From: an uncultured Clostridia bacterium
Lineage (GTDB): Bacteria > Bacillota > Clostridia > Christensenellales > UBA1242
Length of the DNA stretch: 64,000 bases
Direction of reading: 5' to 3'
Assembly: GCA_944350015.1 (NCBI GenBank)
Contig: CALVNW010000005.1
Location: 12,296-76,295 of the forward strand
The notes under the pieces are model-generated. The model did not search any database and was not told the origin of the DNA. It saw only the letters and a program-made list of their open reading frames with translations. A program made the position numbers and the translations under genes. Below are positions 37,346 to 47,470 of this stretch, one piece after another (positions within the stretch are counted from its first letter, which is position 1; each line of letters starts with the position of its first letter).

Positions 37346-37594
37346 ATGGCAGTTAAAATTAGACTTACAAGAATGGGAGATAAAAAATCACCTTTTTACA
37401 GAGTAATCGTTGCTGATTCAAGAGCTCCAAGAGATGGAAAGTTTATTGACATACTTGGAACTTACAATCCTCTCACTGACCCAGCTGAGATAAAGATTGA
37501 CAAAGAAAAAGCAAGCAAATGGCTCAAGAATGGTGCAACTCCTACAGATACAGCAAAGAGTCTTCTTGTAAAGAGTGGCGTTATTGAAAAGTAA
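37346..37594 (+). CDS. rpsP: 30S ribosomal protein S16
   Basis: [26 protein letters not shown]... Confidence 0.97.
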   Translation: MAVKIRLTRMGDKKSPFYRVIVADSRAPRDGKFIDILGTYNPLTDPAEIKIDKEKASKWLKNGATPTDTAKSLLVKSGVIEK

Positions 37595-37612
37595 AAAATT
37601 CAAGGAGAAATT

Positions 37613-37843
37613 ATGAAAGAACTTGTAGAGTATATAGTTAAAAACCTAGTTATAGACAAGGACAGCGTCAATGTCACAGAGGAAGATGATGATGGCGTTA
37701 AAATAATTCACGTATTTGTCGCTCCAGACGATATGGGTAGAGTTATCGGCAGGTCTGGCAAGATTGCCTCTGCAGTGAGAGCCATTATAAATTCTATATC
37801 TTCAAGACAACACCAAAAAGTCGTTGTAAAATTTGGAGAATAA
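37613..37843 (+). CDS. KH-domain RNA-binding protein (YlqC/UPF0109)
   Basis: 76 aa. GRVIGRSGKIASAVRAI KH motif. Conserved position between rpsP and rimM. Confidence 0.9.
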   Translation: MKELVEYIVKNLVIDKDSVNVTEEDDDGVKIIHVFVAPDDMGRVIGRSGKIASAVRAIINSISSRQHQKVVVKFGE

Positions 37844-38330
37844 TGTGATAGAGATAGCTAAAATCTTAAAACCGCAAGGAATTAAGGGGGAGGTTAAAGC
37901 GCAACCTTCCACTAATATCCTTGCTGTTTTTAAATCTGTTAAAAGTGTAAGGGTGGGCGTAAAAGATTACGAAATTGAAAAGGTATCTTTTAGGCAAGGT
38001 TTTTTATACATCAAATTTAAGGGTGTAAACACTCGAAATGACGCAGAGCTGCTGCGTAATCACTCCATTGAAATAGATAAAGAGCTTCTTGAAGAGATAA
38101 AAGGTGAGGAAGGCTTTTTGATTGACGACCTTATCGGTATGGTACTTTACGGCACGAACGGCGAACTCGTTGGACAGATAGTCGACGTTGTCAATTATGG
38201 CTCTTGCGATATCTTTATAATTGAAAATGAAGATAGGCAATATCAAGCACCATATGTTGAAGATGTCTTTATCAAAGAGGGCGACAGACTCATCGTTGAT
38301 AGCGAGAAACTTAAAGAGGTGCTCATATGA
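37833..38330 (+). CDS. rimM: 16S rRNA processing protein RimM
   Basis: 165 aa. IAKILKPQGIKGEVK N-terminus and a PRC-barrel C-terminus. The GTG at 37845 is an alternative start. Confidence 0.9.
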   Translation: MENNVIEIAKILKPQGIKGEVKAQPSTNILAVFKSVKSVRVGVKDYEIEKVSFRQGFLYIKFKGVNTRNDAELLRNHSIEIDKELLEEIKGEEGFLIDDLIGMVLYGTNGELVGQIVDVVNYGSCDIFIIENEDRQYQAPYVEDVFIKEGDRLIVDSEKLKEVLI

Positions 38331-39001
38331 GAATAGATATATTGACGCTTTTCCCAGAAAGTTTCTCCTATTTAAACTCAAGCATTTTAAAAAGAGCTCA
38401 AGAAAATGGTCTACTTGAGATAAATCTTATAGATATTCGAGATTTTTCTTTAGATAAACATAAAAAATGTGATGATTATCCTTTTGGTGGCGGTGCAGGG
38501 ATGCTTATGAGCGCTCAGCCAATTTATGACGCAATAAAAAGTGTACAAGATGATAATTCTTTTATTGTCTTCCCATCTCCAAGTGGTGAGAAATTTAATG
38601 TAGATATTGCAAAAGAGCTGTCTAAAAAGGAGCATTTAATATTTATTTGTGGCCATTATGAAGGTATAGACCAGCGTATAATTGATATCTTTTCACCGCT
38701 CGAGGTGTCCATTGGTGACTATGTGCTTACGGGCGGAGAGCTTCCAACTATGGTGATAGTAGACTGTCTTTCACGTTTCATCGATGGCGTGATAAGTAGG
38801 GAAAGCTTGCTTGAAGAGAGCTTTTCATCAAATAATCTAGAGTATCCACAGTACACAAGACCGGCAGACTTTAAAGGTTACAAGGTGCCCGAGGTGCTTT
38901 TATCTGGCAATCACGCCGAGATTGAAAGGTATAGAAAGGAGCAGTCGGAGCTTATAACAAAAAAGAGACGCCCTGATTTACTAGAAAAAATAAAAAATTA
39001 A
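38327..39001 (+). CDS. trmD: tRNA (guanine37-N1)-methyltransferase TrmD
   Basis: 224 aa. MRIDILTLFPE start, YDDYPFGGGAGM-like loop, SIGDYVLTGGELP motif. Confidence 0.96.
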   Translation: MRIDILTLFPESFSYLNSSILKRAQENGLLEINLIDIRDFSLDKHKKCDDYPFGGGAGMLMSAQPIYDAIKSVQDDNSFIVFPSPSGEKFNVDIAKELSKKEHLIFICGHYEGIDQRIIDIFSPLEVSIGDYVLTGGELPTMVIVDCLSRFIDGVISRESLLEESFSSNNLEYPQYTRPADFKGYKVPEVLLSGNHAEIERYRKEQSELITKKRRPDLLEKIKN

Positions 39002-39145
39002 AGATATAAAATTAAAAAATTAATAAAAAAGATTGGTGATTTTTACTTTTAGTAAAAAATCTAGTTTTGCAGGAGACGCATAACCGCATTATATTAGATT
39101 ATACAAACATCATTTTAGATAGTTTTAACTAAAAAAGAGGTAAAA

Positions 39146-39961
39146 ATGAAGATAAACTGGTTTCCAGGACATATGAAAAAAGCGTTAAGAGAGATTGAAG
39201 GTCAACTTAAAAATGTTGACGTTATTTTGTATGTCTTAGATAGTAGGGCGCCACTATCTTCAATCAATCCAAGCCTAAATAAACTTACAAAGGATAAGGC
39301 AATTTTATATATTTTTAATAAATATGACTTGTCTGATAAGGAGCGAGTAAGTCGGCTTGCAAAGGATTTCAAAACCCAAAACAGCGATTACGTTTTTATG
39401 AACAGTACAAGCTCTGGTGCAAGTAAAGTCATAAAGAGTAAAATTTTAAGTTTATCAAAAGAAAAGCTAGATAAGGCAAAGGCAAAAGGTGTTAGGGCAA
39501 TAATTCGCGCTATAGTGATAGGCGTTCCAAACTCCGGCAAAAGCACCCTTGTCAATAATCTATGTGGAAAAGCAAAAGCAGTTGTGGGTAACCGTCCAGG
39601 AGTTACTAAAACTACAAAATGGCTAAGTATTGGAGATAATATTGAGGTTTGTGACACGCCAGGAACACTTTATCCAAACCTTGAAAATCAAGATACTGCT
39701 AAAAAGCTTTACTTTATAGGCAGTATAAAGGACGAGATTATATCCGATGTCACCTTGCTTGCTCAAGATTTTATCGATATGACAAAGGAAAAATACTATA
39801 AAAATCTTGTTTCTAGATATGGCGAAGACCTTACAATCGAGACAATAGCAAAAAAGCGTGGTTACCTTTTGTCTAAGGATGAGTATGATTTAGAGCGTGC
39901 ATCTTCTGCTGTTCTAGACGATTTTAGGAAGGGTAGACTTGGCGGAATTACATTAGATTAA
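39146..39961 (+). CDS. rbgA: ribosome biogenesis GTPase A (YlqF/RbgA)
   Basis: 271 aa. MKINWFPGHMKKA start. Circularly permuted GTPase (NKYDL ... GVPNSGKST ... DTPG). Confidence 0.92.
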   Translation: MKINWFPGHMKKALREIEGQLKNVDVILYVLDSRAPLSSINPSLNKLTKDKAILYIFNKYDLSDKERVSRLAKDFKTQNSDYVFMNSTSSGASKVIKSKILSLSKEKLDKAKAKGVRAIIRAIVIGVPNSGKSTLVNNLCGKAKAVVGNRPGVTKTTKWLSIGDNIEVCDTPGTLYPNLENQDTAKKLYFIGSIKDEIISDVTLLAQDFIDMTKEKYYKNLVSRYGEDLTIETIAKKRGYLLSKDEYDLERASSAVLDDFRKGRLGGITLD

Positions 39962-39969
39962 GGGATGTT

Positions 39970-40314
39970 ATGAAGGAATATAACAAGCTAAAAGGTGATT
40001 TAGGCGAGCTTGGGGCGGTCAATTACTTAAAGAAAGAAAAATACAAAATTCTTGAGACCAATTATAGAAATTTAATAGGCGAGATAGATATAATCGCGAA
40101 AAAAGACAAGTTTATTGTATTTGTCGAGGTCAAAGCGAGGGAGACCTATACTTTTGGCAACCCTAGCGAGGCGGTAAATCGTACCAAACAGTATAAAATT
40201 AGACGCACTGCCGAAGGGTATTTAAAAGAAAAACATTGCTATGATAGCCCTTGTAGATTTGATTGCATAGAGATTGTTGGAGATAAAATAAATCATATAG
40301 AGGACGCTTTTTAA
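39970..40314 (+). CDS. YraN family endonuclease-like protein (UPF0102)
   Basis: 114 aa. GELGAVNYLKKEKYKILETNYR..GEIDIIA...VFVEVKAR pattern. Confidence 0.85.
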   Translation: MKEYNKLKGDLGELGAVNYLKKEKYKILETNYRNLIGEIDIIAKKDKFIVFVEVKARETYTFGNPSEAVNRTKQYKIRRTAEGYLKEKHCYDSPCRFDCIEIVGDKINHIEDAF

Positions 40315-40438
40315 TGCAAAAATCAATAGTTTTATAAATTTGCACGAATATAAGTGCTTTTTTATTATAAATAAGATAAAAGTGTATTAAAAATATTTTT
40401 TTGTCAATAATTTTATCAAAGCTTAGATAGGAGAAATT

Positions 40439-40945
40439 ATGGCAAAAAGGCGAAGTTTACTTATTATTTTTATATTACTTGCAATGATTTTTATGACGGC
40501 GTGCGAAAATTCGACTCAACTTAGATGTGCGACAATCTCGGAGATAACAAGCGCAGGCAGTGATAACTATGCAGTTAGAATAACTCCCCTAAATGACACG
40601 CGCATAAAGGATAAATATGTTGATGTTCAAATAAAATTTGATAAGGCAAGCGAGGTGGTCTTTTGGGAGGAAAATAAAGACAGGCTAACCCTTAAGATTG
40701 ACGATTACGATGAGTGGTACTCTCTGACTTCGCTGATTGCCACCGCAGAAGATAGACAAGGCTATGAAGAATTTGAAAAGTTTTCGCAAAGTAGTGCCAA
40801 AACCTATCTATTTAACTATGACGGCAATCTTGAGATAACTTTTAGGGTGGTTGTTGGCGATGTTGAAGAAAATAGCGCGGGTACTGGGCAGATTTTGGTT
40901 GGAAGCGAGCCAATAAGTGACCAGTTTACATTAAAAATCAAATAA
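40439..40945 (+). CDS. lipoprotein, function unknown
   Basis: 168 aa with lipobox IFMTAC. Confidence 0.75.
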   Translation: MAKRRSLLIIFILLAMIFMTACENSTQLRCATISEITSAGSDNYAVRITPLNDTRIKDKYVDVQIKFDKASEVVFWEENKDRLTLKIDDYDEWYSLTSLIATAEDRQGYEEFEKFSQSSAKTYLFNYDGNLEITFRVVVGDVEENSAGTGQILVGSEPISDQFTLKIK

Positions 40946-41006
40946 AGGCAAAAAATTGCTTTTATTTTTTTTAATTTTATAGTAATATATTATTACGAGG
41001 TGACAA

Positions 41007-41672
41007 GTGATAAGGATAAAGAATTTATTTTTGAGATATACTAGGGAGTTTTATGCCCTCTACGATATTAATATTAACATTGCAAGTGGTGAGAGCGTCG
41101 CTTTTGTTGGCGAGGATGAAAGTGGTAAGACAAGCTTACTTCGAATACTTGCCAAGCTTGAAAAGCTAACAAAAGGTGAAGTTTATATAAAAGACATCCC
41201 TCTTGAAAAACTTAATTACAAGACCGACATCAACGCAGGCTATGTTCCAGCAACTCCAGTATTTTTAGAGAAAAAATCTGTATATGAAAATTTTAGGTAT
41301 ATCTTAAAGGGATGGGAGTTGACTGAAAAAGAAATAGAAAACAAGATAAACAATACAATTATTGAGTATTCGCTTGAAAAGATTAAGGATACCAAGTTAA
41401 AAGATTTGACTTTGGAAGAAAAGTATGTGCTATCTCTTATAAGGCTATCACTTCGCGATAACTTAGAACTTCTTATGATTGACAATATCTTTGATAGGTT
41501 AAGCGAGCCGACTAAAGAGGTTGTATTTAATCTTATAAAGCAGTTAAAGACCAAAAAGACCACTTTAATAGTTGCAACGACAAAAGAGGATATTGCAAAT
41601 GCTCTTTGCAAACGCAAAATTTACTTCAAATATGGCTCCGTTGTCGATAAGCTTGAGGATAAAGATAAATAA
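41007..41672 (+). CDS. ABC-type ATPase-like protein with degenerate motifs
   Basis: 221 aa with a GTG start. Walker A GEDESGKTS. The signature and Walker B are degenerate (LLMIDNIFD, with no catalytic Glu after the Asp). Confidence 0.65.
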   Translation: MIRIKNLFLRYTREFYALYDININIASGESVAFVGEDESGKTSLLRILAKLEKLTKGEVYIKDIPLEKLNYKTDINAGYVPATPVFLEKKSVYENFRYILKGWELTEKEIENKINNTIIEYSLEKIKDTKLKDLTLEEKYVLSLIRLSLRDNLELLMIDNIFDRLSEPTKEVVFNLIKQLKTKKTTLIVATTKEDIANALCKRKIYFKYGSVVDKLEDKDK

Positions 41673-41792
41673 TTTGTTTGCCAAAAATTGTTGTATAAAA
41701 AATTGTTATATATTAATATGAAAATATTTTTGATAAAATAAGTCGATAAAATTTAAAAAATTAATAAATTTTAAAATATCAAGTTAAAAACA

Positions 41793-41825
41793 AAAACTTA
41801 AGACAGAGCGTCTTAAGTTTTTTTT
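41793..41825. terminator. bidirectional terminator
   Basis: 12-bp stem aaaacttaagac/gtcttaagtttt plus a T-run. Confidence 0.7.
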
Positions 41826-42288
41826 ATAGCAGTAGTTCATCACTTGGCGGAGGAGTTTCGCTCTTTTCGCTTGAATTATCTTCTTTTGGCGTTGACATCA
41901 TCTGGGCAAAGCTAGGGAGATTTTTTCCGCCCATCATCGAAAGTAGCATAGATAAAAAATTTTGATTTAAGTTATTATTCATATTTTGATTAAAGGGTGA
42001 ATTTTGATTAAAGTTTGCATTCTGCTCAAAGAAATTATTAGTGTTTTGGTAGTTTTGTTGACCTTGCCCGCTTGGATTATATGTTTGATTATTAAAATTT
42101 TGATTGCCAGAGTTTGGGTAGGCGTTTTGACTAAAACTGCTGTTTGCGTTTAAGTTATTTTCCTTTGTTTGTAGCTCTGACGGATAATTGTCAAAAGCCG
42201 GGTTTTTAGGTGGCGGTTGCATATTTTGAGCGCCTCCTTGAAATCCATTAAACATCTTTGAAAGCATTTCCAAAAAAGAGTTATCCAT
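41824..42288 (-). CDS. Q/N-rich low-complexity protein
   Basis: 154 aa. The central ~90 residues are dominated by N, Q, F and P (QNFNNQTYNPSGQGQQNYQNTNNFFEQNANFNQ). Confidence 0.55.
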   Translation of the reverse strand: MDNSFLEMLSKMFNGFQGGAQNMQPPPKNPAFDNYPSELQTKENNLNANSSFSQNAYPNSGNQNFNNQTYNPSGQGQQNYQNTNNFFEQNANFNQNSPFNQNMNNNLNQNFLSMLLSMMGGKNLPSFAQMMSTPKEDNSSEKSETPPPSDELLL

Positions 42289-42386
42289 ACTAAAGTTTAT
42301 TCACTTATCTTGTAAAAGTTGAATAATATTTTTAAATAGTGTTACCTTTAGCACAGTTTGCATATATTGAAAATAGGAGATATATA

Positions 42387-42668
42387 ATGAAGCTATCAGA
42401 TTACAAGCCAAACACTAATCAAAGTAATGCAAGTACAAGCGCTAAAAAAGAAGAGTTTTTAGAAAAAGACCTGCAAGATAAGTACAATCAATATAAGGAT
42501 ATGTCACAGTCCGAACTTAACAGCGAACTTTTCAAAGAGGTTGCACGCCAAAAAAGTCAAGGCACATTTGACTATCAAAAACTTGCCAGTATGCTAGAGA
42601 GCCTTCGCGGGTCATTAAGCGAAGAAAATTATCAAAATATAAAAAGGATAATGGAAAGCCTCAAATGA
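42387..42668 (+). CDS. small hypothetical protein translationally coupled to the S8 protease
   Basis: Start moved to the ATG at 42387 behind aggaga. The stop overlaps the next start (ATGA). Confidence 0.55.
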   Translation: MKLSDYKPNTNQSNASTSAKKEEFLEKDLQDKYNQYKDMSQSELNSELFKEVARQKSQGTFDYQKLASMLESLRGSLSEENYQNIKRIMESLK

Positions 42669-43813
42669 TAAATCAAAAGATAGATAGGGTGCTATTTAAT
42701 ATTGTTCAGACTTTAGAAGATGGAAAAAGGTCAGAATGTATAATAAAAGCATATGATTACAAAAGATTAAAAAACATTTTAATACATAGAAATATAGAGA
42801 TTTTAAATGAATATTTATTCATAAATTCCTTTCGCGTGCTTGCAAACAGAAGGCAAATCTCCGCGCTTTGCAAACTTAGCCAGGTTAAGTATATCTCATC
42901 TGTAAGCACTGCGTCAACGCTTATGAATATTGCAAAAAAGATTTTAAAAGTCTCTGATATTTCCTTGACGGGAGAGGGCGTAAACATAGCCTTTATTGAC
43001 ACTGGCATCTCTCAGCACGGCGATTTTTGTATAGGCGGGAAAAGAATAAAGTATTTTAAAGATTTTGTAAACGACAAACCTCAGCCCTATGATGATAACG
43101 GACACGGCACATTTGTCGCAGGGGTATGTTCGGGTAATGGTGCAATGTCGGCGGGCAAGTATAGCGGGGTTGCGCCTAAGTCTAATATAATATCACTCAA
43201 AGCACTCGATGGCAGTGGCGAGGCAACCGCAGACAAAATCTTGAACGCGATGGAATGGGTCTATGAAAATCATAAAGATAAAAATATAAAGATTGTTTGT
43301 ATGAGTTTTGGCAGTGACCCGCTAGGGGTTAATGACCCTATTATGTCGGGCGCTGAGGCTCTTTGGAAGGAGGGCGTCGTAGTTGTTGCCGCCGCTGGCA
43401 ATAGCGGGCCTGAGTTTCAAACTATAAAAAGCCCGGGAGTATCAAGTCAAATCATAACAGTAGGCGGTTTTGATGACAATAGAATAGATATTGAAGATTT
43501 TGACGAGAGTTTTTTTGAGGTTGCCGACTTCTCTTCTCGCGGTCCTGCATTCTCGCGGTTTAAGCCCGACCTTGTCGCGCCATCGGTCGACATAATCTCT
43601 TGCGGAAGGGCAAAGCCATACACAAGTTTAAGTGGAACCTCGGTTGCAACGCCGATGGTGGCTGGACTATGCGCCCTTCTTCTTGAAAAAGAACCGAGTT
43701 TAAAACCAATTGAAGTAAAAAGACTTCTTCTTAATTGTTGCACTCCCATTACATACAATAAGAATTTGGAAGGCTTTGGCTATCCAGTAATTTCAAAACT
43801 TTTTAAACAATAA
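42665..43813 (+). CDS. subtilisin-like serine protease (peptidase S8), no signal peptide
   Basis: 382 aa. Catalytic triad motifs AFIDTGI, HGTFVAG, SGTSVATPMVAG. Confidence 0.85.
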   Translation: MINQKIDRVLFNIVQTLEDGKRSECIIKAYDYKRLKNILIHRNIEILNEYLFINSFRVLANRRQISALCKLSQVKYISSVSTASTLMNIAKKILKVSDISLTGEGVNIAFIDTGISQHGDFCIGGKRIKYFKDFVNDKPQPYDDNGHGTFVAGVCSGNGAMSAGKYSGVAPKSNIISLKALDGSGEATADKILNAMEWVYENHKDKNIKIVCMSFGSDPLGVNDPIMSGAEALWKEGVVVVAAAGNSGPEFQTIKSPGVSSQIITVGGFDDNRIDIEDFDESFFEVADFSSRGPAFSRFKPDLVAPSVDIISCGRAKPYTSLSGTSVATPMVAGLCALLLEKEPSLKPIEVKRLLLNCCTPITYNKNLEGFGYPVISKLFKQ

Positions 43814-44031
43814 AAATAATTAAAAAATAAATATAATTATTAAAAATTAATCAAAATTGGCAAAAATTTCAAATAAAAACCATAAAAAATAGCAAAAATA
43901 TGATATTTTGCTATTTTAAAAAAATATTTAATTTAATTTTTTAATATTTATTTAATTTTCTATTAATTTTTTAATTTTAATTAAAATAAAACATCAAAAA
44001 CTCTTTAAAATACAAAAATTAATCAAAAAAT

Positions 44032-45078
44032 TTATTTGCAATCTGATTTAATTATTTTAATAATATTGTCACAAGCGTTATTTGTTTGTGATTTTTTCAT
44101 ATTTTTAATGTATTTTTCTCTATTTTTATATAAATTATTGATTTTAATCAAAAATAAGTTATCATCATAGTCTTCTTCTGTCAGCACATCCGCATAGCCT
44201 AATTTATTGAATAGTTTTGCATTTTCTATCTGGTCGCCACGAGAGCATTTTTTAGAAAGTGGTATCAAAAGCATTGGTTTTTTGACGGCTAAAAATTCAT
44301 TTATTGCACCTGACCCAGCCCTTGAAAGCACTATATCGGCAAGCGACAAAAAGTCGCCTATATTTTCGGCATAGTCAATTTGAATATAGTTTTTCTTATC
44401 TAATGTTTTGACTTGTTGCTTTCCTGTTAGATGGATTACATTGAAGGTTTTAAGTAAACTATCAATATTATTTAGAACTTTGTTATTTATAAATTTGGCA
44501 CCGCTAGACCCACCAACAACTAGCAAATTTGGCTTATTTTTATCGAGTTTGTCTAAAAAGTTTAAATTTTTCTTATTTCCGCAAAGCACCGCTTTTCTAA
44601 TTGGTTGACCTGTAAAGATGCACTTGCTATCAATTTTGGTCGTCTGTTCAAAACTGCAACACATATGCGTGCAACACTTTAATATGATTTTGTTAGCAAG
44701 CCCCATCGACAAATCTGACTCGTGACTGACAATAGGCAGTCTTAGCATCTTGCCTGCAATGGCTACAGGCACAGACACAAACCCGCCTTTTGAAAATATA
44801 ATGTCTGGCTTAACCTCTTTTAAAATCTTTCTTGCTTCTCTAATAGATTTTAAAAGTTTAAAGGGTATAAGCAGATTTGATAAGGTCAATTTCCGCTCGA
44901 GCTTCACCGGATGAATAGTGTGGTATGTTATATCGTCAAATTTAGAAATTATCTTTTTTTCCATACCATCACCGCCGATATAGTGATAGGAAAACCCATC
45001 ACCAAGCCCTTCTTTGATTGCTAGGTTTGGATAGATATGTCCTGCTGTACCGCCTCCCGTAAAAACAATAGTCTTCAT
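44032..45078 (-). CDS. murG: undecaprenyldiphospho-muramoylpentapeptide beta-N-acetylglucosaminyltransferase MurG
   Basis: Start moved to 45078 (MKTIVFTGGGTAGHIYPN) behind aggaga. C-terminal GT28 domain. Confidence 0.9.
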   Translation of the reverse strand: MKTIVFTGGGTAGHIYPNLAIKEGLGDGFSYHYIGGDGMEKKIISKFDDITYHTIHPVKLERKLTLSNLLIPFKLLKSIREARKILKEVKPDIIFSKGGFVSVPVAIAGKMLRLPIVSHESDLSMGLANKIILKCCTHMCCSFEQTTKIDSKCIFTGQPIRKAVLCGNKKNLNFLDKLDKNKPNLLVVGGSSGAKFINNKVLNNIDSLLKTFNVIHLTGKQQVKTLDKKNYIQIDYAENIGDFLSLADIVLSRAGSGAINEFLAVKKPMLLIPLSKKCSRGDQIENAKLFNKLGYADVLTEEDYDDNLFLIKINNLYKNREKYIKNMKKSQTNNACDNIIKIIKSDCK

Positions 45079-45403
45079 TTTGTCTCCTAAAGTTATCTTA
45101 CGCAAATGACGATGATTTTATGCCAAAATTCGACAACTTTCTCAAATGTATAAATATTGAAATTTGCGTATAAATATACAACGAAGTAAACAATTATCCG
45201 CTTTAATCTCTATCTTTGCAATCAAGATATGCTCATAGATAAAACTTTAAAATCCTGCTATAATTTGTTTTTATAAAAATCGCCATTAACTTTAATTTTA
45301 AAAGCAGTTAAATATGTTTAGAATTATAAAAAGGACAATTTTGATTTTGGAAAAATAACAATTTATGCTATAATAGTAGTGAAATTGATATTTAGGAGAT
45401 TTT

Positions 45404-47356
45404 ATGGCAGAGAAGAATTATGACGCAAAAGATATAGTTGTACTTGAAGGACTTGAAGCGGTTAGACTTAGACCTGGTATGTATATAGGCACGACAGGCT
45501 CAAAAGGTATGCATCATCTTCTTTGGGAAATTGTTGACAATGCTATAGACGAGATTGCCAACGGCTATGGCGACACAATCACGATAACATTAAACGCCGA
45601 TGGTTCGGCAACGGTTGAGGACAACGGTCGTGGTATACCAGTTGACGAGCATCCCACTCTTCACAAATCGGGTGTCGAGGTTGTTTATACCACACTTCAC
45701 GCTGGCGGTAAATTCAATACCGACAACTACAAGTTCTCGGGCGGACTTCACGGTGTTGGTGCGTCTGTTACCAATGCGCTTTCCAAATGGTGCAATGTTA
45801 CCGTTTATAAGGGCGGGAAGGAATATTATATCGGCTTCCACTCTTACACAGATGAGGATGGTAAAACTCATAGCGGTGTGCCAGTTGAACCGTTAAAGAT
45901 GATAGGCAAAACAAAAAAATCTGGTACAAAAGTGACATTTTTGCCTGATAGTGATATGTTTGGCAATATCAAGTTTAATTTTGAGACTATTTGTTCTCGT
46001 GCAAGAGAGCTTGCCTTTTTAAATAAAGGACTTAAAATTGTTTTAAAAGATTTGAATACTGACAAAGAGGAAAGTTATCATTATGAGGGTGGCATTTCAG
46101 ACTTTGTTGAGTATTTGGTTGAAGGCAAAAGCAAATTATTTAGCAAACCTGTATATTTTGAGGCGGAAGATAAGAATTTTGACTTGCAGGTGGCTTTTAT
46201 CTATACCGATGGCTATACTGAAAATTCGTTCTCATTTGTAAATAATATTCCAACTATCGAAGGCGGTACTCACGAGACAGGTTTTAAGAGCGCCTTTACC
46301 AAGGTGATGAATGAGTATGCTCGTAGTAGTAATCTTTTAAAAGAAAAAGAGCAAAATCTACTTGGCGAGGACTTTAGAGAGGGTATAACCGTTGTTCTCA
46401 ATGTCAAGATGAACAATGTTCAGTTTGAAGGGCAGACAAAGACCAAACTTGGTAATCCCGAGGCTAAAACCCTTGTTGAAAATCTTACAATAAAACAGCT
46501 CTCTCAATATTTTCAAGATAAAAAGCATTCAACTATTGCAGAGATTATAGTAAACAAAGCAAAAGGTGCGGCTAAAGTTAGAGAGGCGGCAAAGAAGGCT
46601 AAGGAGCTTACTCGCGCTAAGAATTCAGCCGAAAACTTTAATCTTGTCGGCAAACTTGCTCAGGCAACTTCAAAAAATAGAGAGAATGCTGAGCTATTTA
46701 TAGTTGAGGGAGACTCGGCAGGAGGCTCGGCAAAGCAAGGACGAGATAGGCGTTTTCAAGCCATCTTGCCACTTCGAGGCAAACCACTTAACGCCGAGAA
46801 AAAGAGAATTGACCAAGTTCTTGCTAACGAAGAGATTAGAACGATTATTTCGGCGCTAAACACTGGTATCGGCGAAGATTTTGACCTGTCAAGTTTAAGA
46901 TATAATAAAGTTATCATCTTGAGCGATGCCGACCAAGACGGCGCACATATTAGGGCAATACTTTTGACCTTCTTCTTTAGGTATATGCGAGAGCTTATCA
47001 ATGACGGACACGTATTTATCGGCTTGCCACCACTTTATCGTGTTTATAAGAAGGATTATAACGAGTATGTCTATTCTGACAATGAACTGCCTTCAGCAAT
47101 TGCAAGGGCAGGACGAGGCTATAGCCTTCAAAGATATAAAGGTCTTGGGGAGATGAACCCAGAACAGCTTTGGGAGACGACAATGGACCCTGAGAAACGT
47201 AGTCTTGTGCAGGTGACTATCGAGGATGCAACCGAGGCTGAAAAAATGGTTACAACGCTTATGGGTGACGATATTGAATCGCGAAAGAGATATATAAACG
47301 AGCACGCAAACTTTGATAGAGAGGACGAATTCTTAAAAAATTATAAGAAAATTTAA
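45404..47356 (+). CDS. parE: type IIA DNA topoisomerase subunit B (GyrB/ParE family; ParE inferred from its partner)
   Basis: 650 aa. GHKL ATPase (LWEIVDNAIDE, GGLHGVGAS), Toprim (EGDSAGG), PLRGK. Confidence 0.6.
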   Translation: MAEKNYDAKDIVVLEGLEAVRLRPGMYIGTTGSKGMHHLLWEIVDNAIDEIANGYGDTITITLNADGSATVEDNGRGIPVDEHPTLHKSGVEVVYTTLHAGGKFNTDNYKFSGGLHGVGASVTNALSKWCNVTVYKGGKEYYIGFHSYTDEDGKTHSGVPVEPLKMIGKTKKSGTKVTFLPDSDMFGNIKFNFETICSRARELAFLNKGLKIVLKDLNTDKEESYHYEGGISDFVEYLVEGKSKLFSKPVYFEAEDKNFDLQVAFIYTDGYTENSFSFVNNIPTIEGGTHETGFKSAFTKVMNEYARSSNLLKEKEQNLLGEDFREGITVVLNVKMNNVQFEGQTKTKLGNPEAKTLVENLTIKQLSQYFQDKKHSTIAEIIVNKAKGAAKVREAAKKAKELTRAKNSAENFNLVGKLAQATSKNRENAELFIVEGDSAGGSAKQGRDRRFQAILPLRGKPLNAEKKRIDQVLANEEIRTIISALNTGIGEDFDLSSLRYNKVIILSDADQDGAHIRAILLTFFFRYMRELINDGHVFIGLPPLYRVYKKDYNEYVYSDNELPSAIARAGRGYSLQRYKGLGEMNPEQLWETTMDPEKRSLVQVTIEDATEAEKMVTTLMGDDIESRKRYINEHANFDREDEFLKNYKKI

Positions 47357-47470
47357 GTTGTGCTATTCTATTTAAAAATAGATTAAATATTGAAAATTAA
47401 CATAAAAACAGTGTAAAATTGATAAAAAATAAGCAAAAAACCTTAAAAAACTAAATATTTAGGAGAAATT

